Of a stretch of DNA of 64,000 nucleotides, positions 24,595-33,316 are shown piece after piece. Position 1 is the stretch's first letter. The number at the start of each line of letters is the position of its first letter. Under the pieces are notes generated by a model. That model made no database searches. It had not been told where the DNA came from and saw only the letters and a list, made by a program, of their open reading frames with translations. The position numbers were made by a program, and so were the translations under genes. This DNA comes from Opitutaceae bacterium (GTDB taxonomy: Bacteria; Verrucomicrobiota; Verrucomicrobiia; Opitutales; Opitutaceae), in assembly GCA_014879845.1 (NCBI GenBank), contig JACSRI010000092.1, forward strand, positions 44 through 64,043, written 5' to 3'.

Positions 24595-26510
24595 GGGACC
24601 GCCACGAGCTTGGCGGCCCAGTCTCGCATGGGCGAGGCGCGATCAGCGGGATATGGCGGGGTGGCGAGCGACCCGTCCGCCTGGGTCTTCACCGTCGTCG
24701 GCGCTGCCCAGGCACCGGTGCGCGGGTTGAACCACGTCCAGCGATAGCGCGTCGACGGCTGCAAGCCGCCGATGCGCGGCCGCTCGGCCTGATGCTCGAA
24801 GTAGAGCAGCGCGAGCGTACGGTCCGCCGTGCGCAGCATGAACGACCAGCCGTCGAGCCCGTCGGCCGCCGCCGTCGCGCTGGCGCGCGGCTGCAGGTCC
24901 TGCGAGGCTGGTGCGAGTTCGCGGTAGCGCAGGCCCTCGCTCAGGACGAAATCGCGCAGGTGGTGCATCTGTGCGCCCGACTCGTAGCGCAGCGCCTCCC
25001 AGATGAACGGGCGCCAGCCCTCGGGTTCGCCCGTCGTGGTGATGTCGTAGGCGCCGGTGCCGTGCACGTGGCCGGCGAGGCCGCCGGAGAGCACCGAGCC
25101 GTACATCTGGGCGCGGGCGAAATAGACGTCGCGCGGCGAGCCGGCCTCGGGTGTCTCGCCGCCGGGGCGGTTGATCTCGTGGTTCCAGCCCGTGTAGTAG
25201 GGCTCGAGGTTGGCGGCTGGATACGCGGGCGTGAGATGGAAGAGTTCCTCGATCGAGGCGTAGATGGCGTGGTTGCGCGGATTGTTGCCCACCGTGTGCA
25301 TGGTGAGCCACGGCGCGGCCTCGCCGTGGCCGAAGCGCTGGTAGGTCGAGCTGTCGATCAGCGTGGTGTAGGGCTGGCCGAAGGGCAGGCCGCCGTAGGT
25401 GCGCCAGTGGTGCGTGAGCGCGGCGTTGAAGGTGTCGGCGGACAGGCTCAGCTTTTCGGGGATCCAGTCGAGGTGGATGCCGCTGAAGATGAGGTTGTGG
25501 GCGCCGTATCGGGCGATCAGGTACTGGACGAAGCGTGCGTAGGAGGTGTTGAAGTCGAAATAGGCCGCCCACGACGGACAGGTGTCGCGCCGCACGGTTT
25601 CAAGAAACGGCACGAAGCCCTCGGCCGCGAGGTGCTGCATCTTGCGGTCGAGGCTGCGGAAGTAGGCGGGGTTGATGCGGTCGAAGTCCGCGAGCCCGTC
25701 GCGGTCCTCGAGCACGGCGAACGGCCGGTGGCCCGCTTCGTCGTGCATGTCCTTGCCGGTGGTGGTGGCGCCGTCGGCGGTGCTGATCTGCGCGCCCGGT
25801 GCCCAGTGACCGAACTTTTCCCAGGCGTTGCGCAGGAAGATACCGTCGGCGTTGGCGAAGGTCGCGCCGCGGTGGTCGGCCGCCCAGTTGGGGAACGCGG
25901 CGATGAAGCTGACGGAGTTAAACCCCTGCTTCTTCCGCCAGGCCACGGCGTCCTCGAAGCTCAGCCCCGGGCCGGGCTCGACGTCGGGCCGCGCCGGCAC
26001 GCCGCGGTAGGGCAGCCGCCAGGTCGAGGCCGCGAGCCAGGTGTCGCCGAGGAGGAAGAACGGCGTGCCGTCCGCGTGCTCGAGCGTGTGGCCGCCGGGC
26101 GCGGTGCGGATGAAGCCGCGGCGATTGATGTTTTGCGCGAGCTCGGCCGGCGTCCAGGCGACGGCGCGGAGCGCGCCGGTGCCGAAGTTGAGACCGGCGT
26201 CGTCGGGCTGATTCGATCCGCTGCGCCAGCGCCACTCGCCGGGCGCGGTCGCAACGAAACGCACACGGAAGGTGCGGGCGCCGTCCCAGAATCCATACAC
26301 GCGACGCGCGAAACCCGGCCCCTCCAGCTCGATCCAGCAGGTGACGTCGACGTAGGGATGGGCGTAGTCGCGGGCCGCTTGGAACGTGATCTCCTGTGTC
26401 TCCCAGACGTGGACTTCGCCGCGATTCAGCCGCGCATGCGTGGTGGAGCCGAGGAGTCCGGCGACGACGACCAGGCTGAGGACGAAGACACGTCGTGTGA
26501 GGTGGGGCAT
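24591..26510 (-). CDS. DUF5060 + DUF4038 glycoside hydrolase-like protein (GH140 / apiosidase-like)
   Basis: From internal ATG 26510 (MPHLTRRVFVLSLVVVAGLLG signal). The N-terminal Ig-like module is EVHVWETQEITFQAARDY...FWDGARTFRVRF...GEWRWRS. It is followed by a TIM-barrel-like region, ADGTPFFLLGDTWLAAST... Confidence 0.7.
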   Translation of the reverse strand: MPHLTRRVFVLSLVVVAGLLGSTTHARLNRGEVHVWETQEITFQAARDYAHPYVDVTCWIELEGPGFARRVYGFWDGARTFRVRFVATAPGEWRWRSGSNQPDDAGLNFGTGALRAVAWTPAELAQNINRRGFIRTAPGGHTLEHADGTPFFLLGDTWLAASTWRLPYRGVPARPDVEPGPGLSFEDAVAWRKKQGFNSVSFIAAFPNWAADHRGATFANADGIFLRNAWEKFGHWAPGAQISTADGATTTGKDMHDEAGHRPFAVLEDRDGLADFDRINPAYFRSLDRKMQHLAAEGFVPFLETVRRDTCPSWAAYFDFNTSYARFVQYLIARYGAHNLIFSGIHLDWIPEKLSLSADTFNAALTHHWRTYGGLPFGQPYTTLIDSSTYQRFGHGEAAPWLTMHTVGNNPRNHAIYASIEELFHLTPAYPAANLEPYYTGWNHEINRPGGETPEAGSPRDVYFARAQMYGSVLSGGLAGHVHGTGAYDITTTGEPEGWRPFIWEALRYESGAQMHHLRDFVLSEGLRYRELAPASQDLQPRASATAAADGLDGWSFMLRTADRTLALLYFEHQAERPRIGGLQPSTRYRWTWFNPRTGAWAAPTTVKTQADGSLATPPYPADRASPMRDWAAKLVAVP

Positions 26511-26687
26511 GGGCGAGAGCCTTGTCCCCGGCCCGCGCGCCGGGCAAGGGCAACTGCCCCGTGTGCCGGTTCGCGCACGCGACGAGTTTCGTCTAACATT
26601 CGCCTCCGGAAACTTCGCGCTGGTGCGGGGCGTCACCTCGGCCGATCACCAGTCTCTGCTTTCCACCGTTCGTCGATTTCCCCGCCC

Positions 26688-27818
26688 ATGCGATCCGCTA
26701 TGACACGTCTCGCCCTCCTTCCGTTTGCCTTCGCCGCGGGAGCCGTCGCGCTCGCCGCCGCTCCTGCCACCACACTCAAGGACGCCTTCGCCGATCACTT
26801 CACGGTCGGCGCAGCGCTCAACACCCAGATCATCGTGCAGCCCGAGCATCCGGCGCGCGCCCTGGTCAAGCGGCACTTCAACAGCGTGACCGCGGCCAAC
26901 GCCATGAAGTGGGGCCCGTTCAACCCCGAGCCGGGGGTCCATGTCTTCGAGCACGCGGACGCGCTCGTCGCTTTCGCCGAGGCCAACGGCATGCAGGTGA
27001 TCGGGCACACGCTCTTCTGGCATCAGCAGACGCCGTCCTGGGTGTTTCAAGATGAGGCGGGCGCCCCGATCTCTCGCGAGGCGCTGCTCAAGCGCATGCG
27101 CGAGCGCGTCCGTGTCGTCGCCCAGCGCTACGGCACCCGCGTGCATCTCTGGGATGTGGTCAACGAGGCGATCGAGGACGACGGTTCGCCGCGCAAGAGC
27201 AATTGGTATCGCGTCCTTGGTGACGACTTCGTGCCCGAGGCGTTCCGTATCGCGGGGGAGGAACTCCCGACGAGCGTGCAGCTCATCTACAACGACTACT
27301 CCATGTTCCAGCCCGGCCGCCGTGCCGCCGTGGTGAAGATGATCCACGACCTGCGCGCCCGCGGGCTGCGCATCGATGGCGTGGGACTGCAGGGCCACTG
27401 GGGCCTGGACTTCCCGAAACTTGAGGACGCCGAGGCGAGCATCGTCGCCTTCGCCGAAGCCGGCGTGCGCGTGCACATCACCGAGCTCGACGTCGACGTG
27501 CTGCCCCGCTCGCCCGACATGTTCGGCGCCGACCTCAACAAGCGCGCCCAGCTCTCGCCCGAGAACAACCCGTACACCGCGGGCCTTCCGGCCGAGATGC
27601 AGGAGAAACTTGCGCGCCGCTACGCCGAGATCTTTGCGCTCTTCGTGAAGCATGCGGACAAGATCGACCGCGTCACCTTCTGGGGCGTGACCGACGGCGA
27701 CTCGTGGCTCAACGGCTTCCCCGTGCGCGGCCGCACGAATCATCCGCTGCTCTTCGCCCGCGCCAACCAGCCGAAGCCGGCGCTCGACGCCGTGCTGGGC
27801 GTGGCCGCGGGCCGATAA
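26688..27818 (+). CDS. GH10 endo-1,4-beta-xylanase
   Basis: Only the 3' third of track ORF 24792-27818 is credible. ATG 26688 or 26700 precedes the signal MTRLALLPFAFAAGAVALAAAP. Motifs: ANAMKWGP, IGHTLFWHQQTPSW, WDVVNEAI (acid/base Glu), IYNDY, VHITELDVDV (nucleophile Glu). Confidence 0.9.
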   Translation: MRSAMTRLALLPFAFAAGAVALAAAPATTLKDAFADHFTVGAALNTQIIVQPEHPARALVKRHFNSVTAANAMKWGPFNPEPGVHVFEHADALVAFAEANGMQVIGHTLFWHQQTPSWVFQDEAGAPISREALLKRMRERVRVVAQRYGTRVHLWDVVNEAIEDDGSPRKSNWYRVLGDDFVPEAFRIAGEELPTSVQLIYNDYSMFQPGRRAAVVKMIHDLRARGLRIDGVGLQGHWGLDFPKLEDAEASIVAFAEAGVRVHITELDVDVLPRSPDMFGADLNKRAQLSPENNPYTAGLPAEMQEKLARRYAEIFALFVKHADKIDRVTFWGVTDGDSWLNGFPVRGRTNHPLLFARANQPKPALDAVLGVAAGR

Positions 27819-27827
27819 GACAGAACG

Positions 27828-27904
27828 GGTAGGGCGAGCCCTCCGGCCGAGCCGCGCAGGCGATAGGCCTACGGTGCCGGCCCGGCCGGAGGCCTCGCCC
27901 TACC
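27828..27904. repeat. REP-like inverted repeat of the GTAGGGCG family (22-bp arms, 33-nt loop)
   Basis: GGTAGGGCGAGCCCTCCGGCCG at 27828-27849 pairs with CGGCCGGAGGCCTCGCCCTACC at 27883-27904, matching 21 of 22 positions. It begins about 10 nt after the xylanase TAA. Confidence 0.7.
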
Positions 27905-27970
27905 TGAACGGCGGAGCCCGACCCTCTCCAGGCTTGGCCCGCGCCTGCGCCTTCCCCAACCTGCGCGCAC

Positions 27971-29359
27971 ATGCACCACCCCCAAGGCATGCGCGACGGG
28001 CTGTCGCTGCGCGAGTATGTCGGCTACGCGCTCGGCGACACGGCCTCGAACCTGTTCTTCAAGACGTTCGGCTTTTTCCTGACGTACTACTACGTCGACG
28101 TCTGGGGGCTCGATCCGGCCGCGGTCGCCTCGATGTTTCTCCTCGTGCGCTTCTGGGATGCGGTCAACGACCCGATGATGGGCGCGATCGCCGACCGCAC
28201 GCAGACGCGCTGGGGCAAGTTTCGGCCCTTTCTGCTCTGGTTCGCCGTGCCGTATGGCGTGAGCGGGTACCTGGTCTTCGCCAATCCCGACCTCGGTCCG
28301 ACCGGCAAGCTCGTCTACGCCTACGCCACCTACACGCTCATGCTCATGGTCTATACGGCCATCAACGTGCCCTACTCGTCGCTCCTCGGCGTGCTCAGCG
28401 CGTCGTCGCGGACGCGCACGGTGGCCTCGAGCTGGCGTTTCGTCGGCGCCTTCGGAGGCGGCCTGCTCGTCACGCTCGGCGTGCGCCCGCTCGTGCGCCT
28501 GCTCGGCGGCGACGATGAGGTGCTCGGCTTCCAGCTCACCATGGCGATCTTCGCACTGGTCTCGGTCGGCATGTTCTGGACGTGCTTCTTCACCACGCGC
28601 GAGCGCGTCACGCCGCCGCCCGGCCAGAAGACCGACCTGCGCCGCGAGCTGCGCGACCTTGCGGGCAACTGGCCGTGGGTCACGCTCCTGTTCGCGGCGA
28701 TCTTCTCCACAACGTTCATCTTCATGCGGGACAGCTCCACGCTGTTCTACTTCAAGTATGTGGCGGGCGACGACGGAGCGCCGTGGCTCTTCGGCACCTT
28801 CGACCGGTTCACGGTCTTCGTCGCCAGCGCCGCGGCCTGCCAGATGCTCGGCGCGGGTTGTCTCGGTTTCGTGGCCGGGAAGATCGACAAACGAAACCTC
28901 GCCGCCGCGCTCTCGGTCGTGACCGGCGTGTGTTACGGCGCGTTCTACTTCCTGCCGCCCGATGCCTTCGGGCTGATGCTCGTGCTCAACGGCTTCGCCG
29001 CCTTCGCCGCCGGGCCGACCTCCGCGCTCGTGTGGGCGATGTATGCGGACGTGGCCGATTACGGGGAGTGGAAGTTCGGCCGCCGCGCCACCGGGCTGGT
29101 CTACTCGGCGTCGCTCTTCGCGCTCAAGACCGGCACGATGTGCGCGGGGTGGCTGGTGCCGATGTTTCTCAATTGGTTCGGCTTCGTACGCGGCGGCGAG
29201 CAGACGCCGCGCGCGCTCCTCGGCATCACGCTGGCCTTCACGCTCGCGCCATGTCTCTTCGCGTTGCTCAAGGCGGCGGCGATCTGGATGTATCCGCTGA
29301 GCAAGTCGCGCGTGGCCGAGATCGAGCGCGACCTGGCGACGCGGCGGGCGGCTGGGTAG
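27971..29359 (+). CDS. Glycoside-pentoside-hexuronide (GPH):cation symporter, MFS superfamily
   Basis: 462 aa. LREYVGYALGDTASNLFFKTFGFFLTYYYVDVWGL, FWDAVNDPMMGAIADRTQTRWGKFRPFL. 12 TM helices. Confidence 0.9.
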   Translation: MHHPQGMRDGLSLREYVGYALGDTASNLFFKTFGFFLTYYYVDVWGLDPAAVASMFLLVRFWDAVNDPMMGAIADRTQTRWGKFRPFLLWFAVPYGVSGYLVFANPDLGPTGKLVYAYATYTLMLMVYTAINVPYSSLLGVLSASSRTRTVASSWRFVGAFGGGLLVTLGVRPLVRLLGGDDEVLGFQLTMAIFALVSVGMFWTCFFTTRERVTPPPGQKTDLRRELRDLAGNWPWVTLLFAAIFSTTFIFMRDSSTLFYFKYVAGDDGAPWLFGTFDRFTVFVASAAACQMLGAGCLGFVAGKIDKRNLAAALSVVTGVCYGAFYFLPPDAFGLMLVLNGFAAFAAGPTSALVWAMYADVADYGEWKFGRRATGLVYSASLFALKTGTMCAGWLVPMFLNWFGFVRGGEQTPRALLGITLAFTLAPCLFALLKAAAIWMYPLSKSRVAEIERDLATRRAAG

Positions 29360-29466
29360 GGCGCGGTCTCCGCGCCGCATGACTGGAAGGCCGCGCTCCT
29401 GCGCGGCCACGGCGACTCGCGGCGGTGCGGGAGCACCGCCCTCCACGGTTGCGGCTCGGCCCGTGG
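29357..29466. repeat. Cluster of four GC-rich hairpins (REP-like; the first is GTAGGGCG-type and contains the GPH stop codon)
   Basis: Four stems: GGCGCGG-TCT-CCGCGCC (29360-29376); GGCCGCGC-TCCT-GCGCGGCC (29389-29408); GGCGGTGC-GGGA-GCACCGCC (29421-29440); CCACGG...CCGTGG (29443-29466). They lie between two convergent genes. Confidence 0.65.
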
Positions 29467-29478
29467 CCTCGCGCTATC

Positions 29479-31635
29479 TCAGGCCCGCTTCACCGACTTC
29501 ACCGGGTACTTGGTCACGGTGATGCCCTTGGCGCCGCGCGTCGACACGCCGAGCTCGGAGAGGTCGAACTCGAACTCCTTCACGCGCGCGCTGCAGCGAC
29601 CGCTGAGGGTGACTTCGACCTTCTTCGGCATGTCCTTCTCGTTCTTGGCCACGTCGAAGAACACGACCTTGGAGCCGGCGCTCGGGGCGAGCGTGTAGAG
29701 CTTTTCGCGGGTCGTCCCGCCGAGTTGGAACTTCTTCGCGAAGGCCTTCCCGCTCTCCTTGTCCTGGGTGATCATCGTGTAGAACGCCTTGTCGCCGTCC
29801 TTCGGCAACAGGGCGATGTGGATGATGTCCCGGCCCATGAAAACTTTGTCGGCCACCCGCGCGACCTTCATCGTGCCGTCGGCCATGAAGCAGAGCACAT
29901 CGTCGAGGATCGTGCACTCGGTGATGAACTCGTGCTGGCGCCAGTTCAGGCCGATGAAGCCCTCCTCGCGGTTGACGTAGAGGCGCTGGTTCGCGGCCAC
30001 GACGTCGGCGGCGTTGATCTGCTCGATCTCGTCGTACTGCGTGCGGCGCTTCAGGCCCTTGCCGTACTTCTCCTGCAGCTTCTCGAACCACGCGATGGCG
30101 TAGGCCGTGAGGTGCTTGAGGTGGTGCTTCACCTGCTTGATGTCGTCCTCGATCTTCTTGATCTGCTCGTCGGCCTTGAAGCGGTTGTAGGCGGAGATGC
30201 GCTTGATGCGGATCTCGGTCAGGCGCGTGATGTCGTCGTCGGTCACCTCGCGGCGCAGCTGCTTGAGGAACGGCTTGAGGCCCTCGCGGATCTCCTCGAG
30301 CACACTCTCCCACGTCTTCGATTTCTCGATGCGGCGGTAAATGCGCTCCTCGATGAAGATGCGCTCGAGGCTGTCCCAGTGCCACTGCTGCTCGAGCTCG
30401 CCGAGCTGGATCTCGAGCTCGGCCTTGAGGATCTGCACGGTCTTGTCGGTCGAGCGTCGCAGGATCTCGGAGACGCCCATGAACGAGGGCTTCTCGCCGT
30501 CGATCACGCAGGCGGCGGGTGAGATCGAGTTCTGGCACGAGGTGAAGACGTAGAGCTGCTGCGTGACCTGGTCGGGATCGCTGCCCTGCGGCAGGTGCAC
30601 GAGGATCTCGACGTTTTCCGCCGTGTTGTCGTCGATGTGCTTGATCTTGATCTTGCCCTTGGCGTTGGCCGAGAGGATCGACTCGATGAGCGACTCCGTC
30701 GTCGTGCCGTAGGGCAGCTCGGTGATCGCGAGCAGGTACTTGCTGCGCTGCTCGATCTTGGCGCGGACCTTCACCTTGCCGCCGCGCTCGCCGTCGTTGT
30801 ATTCGGAAAAGTCGGCGATGCCGCCGGTGGCGAAATCCGGGAAGATGCGGAAGCGTTTTCCCTGCAGGTGATTGATCGCGGCGCGGCAGAGGTCGTTGAA
30901 GTTGTGCGGCAGGATCTTGGTCGCGAGACCCACGGCGATGCCGTCGGCGCCCTCCAGCAACGTGACGGGAAACTTCGCCGGCAGCGTGACCGGCTCCTTG
31001 GCGCGACCGTCGTAGCTGGCCTGCCACGTCGTGACCTTCGGGCTGAAAAGCACCTCGCGCGCGAAGGCGGTGAGACGCGCCTCGATGTAACGGGGCGCAG
31101 CGGCGTCGTCGCCGGTGAGCGGGTTGCCGAAATTGCCTTGTGGCTCGATCAGCCAGCCGCGCTGCGCGATGCCGACGAGCGCGGCGCCGATCGAGGCGTC
31201 GCCGTGCGGGTGGTAGCGCATGGTCGCGCCGACGACGTTGGCGACCTTGTGGAAGCGGCCGTCGTCCATCTCCCAAAGCGTGTGCAGGATGCGGCGCTGC
31301 ACGGGCTTGAGGCCGTCGTCGAGGTGCGGCACGGCGCGGTCGAGGATGACGTAGCTGGCATATTCGAGAAACCAGCCGCGGTAGGCCTGGGCGAGCGGCG
31401 CGTCGTGGGGATTTTCCAGTTTTGCCGGGGAGGCGTCACTCGGTGCGGAGTCGGAAGTCTTTGGCGTCTCGTCGGACATGGATGCGGGGGAGGCCGGCGC
31501 TGCGGCCGGTGTGGAGTCGGTGGCGGATTTTTCCGCCTGCTCGGCGCGCTCGAGTGCGCGCTTGGCGGCCTGGCCGGGATTGGGCTGGAGGTCGAAGGTT
31601 CCCTGGTGGTCGTCGGGCTTTTTGCGGCGGGCCAT
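29479..31635 (-). CDS. Type IIA topoisomerase subunit A (ParC/GyrA-like)
   Basis: 718 aa. YASYVILDRAVPHLDDGLKPVQRRILHTLWEM, MRYHPHGDASI, and the catalytic-Tyr region AAPRYIEARLT. There is an ~85-aa low-complexity N-terminal extension and a short C-terminal domain. Confidence 0.85.
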   Translation of the reverse strand: MARRKKPDDHQGTFDLQPNPGQAAKRALERAEQAEKSATDSTPAAAPASPASMSDETPKTSDSAPSDASPAKLENPHDAPLAQAYRGWFLEYASYVILDRAVPHLDDGLKPVQRRILHTLWEMDDGRFHKVANVVGATMRYHPHGDASIGAALVGIAQRGWLIEPQGNFGNPLTGDDAAAPRYIEARLTAFAREVLFSPKVTTWQASYDGRAKEPVTLPAKFPVTLLEGADGIAVGLATKILPHNFNDLCRAAINHLQGKRFRIFPDFATGGIADFSEYNDGERGGKVKVRAKIEQRSKYLLAITELPYGTTTESLIESILSANAKGKIKIKHIDDNTAENVEILVHLPQGSDPDQVTQQLYVFTSCQNSISPAACVIDGEKPSFMGVSEILRRSTDKTVQILKAELEIQLGELEQQWHWDSLERIFIEERIYRRIEKSKTWESVLEEIREGLKPFLKQLRREVTDDDITRLTEIRIKRISAYNRFKADEQIKKIEDDIKQVKHHLKHLTAYAIAWFEKLQEKYGKGLKRRTQYDEIEQINAADVVAANQRLYVNREEGFIGLNWRQHEFITECTILDDVLCFMADGTMKVARVADKVFMGRDIIHIALLPKDGDKAFYTMITQDKESGKAFAKKFQLGGTTREKLYTLAPSAGSKVVFFDVAKNEKDMPKKVEVTLSGRCSARVKEFEFDLSELGVSTRGAKGITVTKYPVKSVKRA

Positions 31636-31699
31636 GCGAAGTTATCGAAGGGAAACAACGAGCATTCGATCGACGGACTTGTCCACGGGGAAATGGAGG

Positions 31700-31757
31700 C
31701 CGTCCCGATCCGTTGGGACGGCTGGCCCATGGAGCAGGCGGCTCCGGCCGCGGAGCC
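31700..31757 (-). terminator. Two tandem hairpins immediately 3' of GT-C paralog B (possible terminator or RNA-stability element; no U-tract)
   Basis: GGCTCCG-GCCG-CGGAGCC (31740-31757) abuts the TAG stop. CCGTCCC-GATCCGTT-GGGACGG (31700-31721) follows it. Confidence 0.35.
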
Positions 31758-33295
31758 TACGGAGAATGTCGCAGCTCCCAGAGTGAGAGCATCTGCACGC
31801 GATGGATTTCTACCCAGTCGCCTGGAATCAACTTCTGCCGGCGATGTTCGTCGTCGTATTGATTGAGCAGGGCGTAGGCTGGTCGGCCGCTCGCACGCAG
31901 GCGTTCACGCAGTCCGAGAAATCGATCCGGACCGACCAGATCGCTGCGGATCGTCGGGAAATCCGTGTAGAAATAGAGCGAGCAGCTGGCATGCAGCGTC
32001 AGAATGACCGCGTTGCCCGGGATATGGTCTCGTGCCCAGAGCGACAAGTCGCGGTAGGGGCGCTGAAGCTCTTTGGTGTCGTAGGCGCGCTGCTCCATCA
32101 GCGTGCGATGGCAGAGGCTGAGGCAGAGGATTGCGACGACCACCGTGGCGGCGAACTGGATCGAAGACTGGCGACGGAGAGGGAGTCGCTCCAGGGCCTT
32201 GTCCATCGCGAGTGAACCTACGATCGCGAGTGCGGGAAACGAAGGGAGAAGGAAGCGCAGGTACCAGAGATTCTCGTGAGTGCAGAGGTAGATGGAGTAG
32301 AGCGCGGCCAGCGTGAGGAACGAGCCGAGCAGGGCGGCCAAGTCGCGCCAGGCGCGCCGCCAACGAAGGACGGGGAGTAGGAACAGTGCGGGTACGATCA
32401 GCGGCAGTGCCACGGGGAGGGCGGTGACATAGTGGAGCAGCGTCGGTCCCAGCCAGGACCAGGAAAACAGGTAGCTGGCGTCGCCGTAGCCGGTTTGGAG
32501 CGCCGACCCGTAGAGGGTCGCCTGATACCAGGCGAGAAACGCGGCTCCCGGCAATCCACCGCCGATGGCCGCGAGCAGGGCGCGCCAATCCCGGAGGAGC
32601 AGCGCCAGAGCCGGAGCGATCACGACGTTGGTCGGACGAACCAGGACGGACATCGCGAAGGCGAATCCGCAGGCCAGGGCCCAGGCGGTGCTGTGCGAAG
32701 TGCGGGACGGGAGGTGCTCAGCGTCGTGCGATGGTTGTCGCGTCGCCAGCGCGCAAGCCATGGCTGCCACGGTCCAGGTCGTCGCGAGTGTGTCGCTCAG
32801 TGGCTGGATGGACGTGAAGACAAGAACGGGCGATGTGGCCAGCGAGGCAGCCCCGGTGGCGGCCCAGGGCCGACTGACGCCGAGCAGGCGGGCGCAACGA
32901 AAGGTCAGGAGCACAGCTGCCACCGCGCCGATCACATTGACGAATATCGGCCCCCAGTGCCATCCGAGCACACGGGCGCTGAGCGCGACCAACAACGGCA
33001 TGCCCACCGGGTAGGTGGGTCGAAGCGCGAGGTCGGCCTCATTCATCTTCAGGCCCAACGGACAATAACTCCACAACTCGTCACCGGCCGCCGGCCACTC
33101 AGGGATCGTCCGCACGGGCATTGTCGTCCGGCCCTCGGTGATCAGTTTCGCGCTTGTGAGGTAGCCCGCTGAGTCCGCCCCTCCAGCTACGCTGGTCGAG
33201 AAACGGACGAGGAACGCGGCATAGAGCGCGAGCAACCCGAGACAGACGAGCGCGAAGGCATCGGGGCGGCGCGGTGAGGTCTTCGGGTTTGACAT
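31757..33295 (-). CDS. GT-C-fold membrane glycosyltransferase-like protein, paralog B
   Basis: From internal ATG 33295 of track ORF 31757-34099: MSNPKTSPRRPDAFALVCLGLLALYAAFLV...GGADSAGYLTSAKLITEGRT...TYPVGMPLL... The C-terminal tail YFYTDFPTIRSDLVGPDRF...GRPAYALLNQYDDE...PGDWVEIHR parallels paralog A. Confidence 0.65.
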   Translation of the reverse strand: MSNPKTSPRRPDAFALVCLGLLALYAAFLVRFSTSVAGGADSAGYLTSAKLITEGRTTMPVRTIPEWPAAGDELWSYCPLGLKMNEADLALRPTYPVGMPLLVALSARVLGWHWGPIFVNVIGAVAAVLLTFRCARLLGVSRPWAATGAASLATSPVLVFTSIQPLSDTLATTWTVAAMACALATRQPSHDAEHLPSRTSHSTAWALACGFAFAMSVLVRPTNVVIAPALALLLRDWRALLAAIGGGLPGAAFLAWYQATLYGSALQTGYGDASYLFSWSWLGPTLLHYVTALPVALPLIVPALFLLPVLRWRRAWRDLAALLGSFLTLAALYSIYLCTHENLWYLRFLLPSFPALAIVGSLAMDKALERLPLRRQSSIQFAATVVVAILCLSLCHRTLMEQRAYDTKELQRPYRDLSLWARDHIPGNAVILTLHASCSLYFYTDFPTIRSDLVGPDRFLGLRERLRASGRPAYALLNQYDDEHRRQKLIPGDWVEIHRVQMLSLWELRHSP

Positions 33296-33316
33296 GCGGG
33301 AGTGCGGACGGGCCAG

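Noticed and set aside
24792-26687. The N-terminal ~630 residues of the 1008-aa ORF 24792-27818.
   Set aside because: They are antisense to the GH140-like gene. The real GH10 xylanase begins at the signal peptide at 26688/26700.
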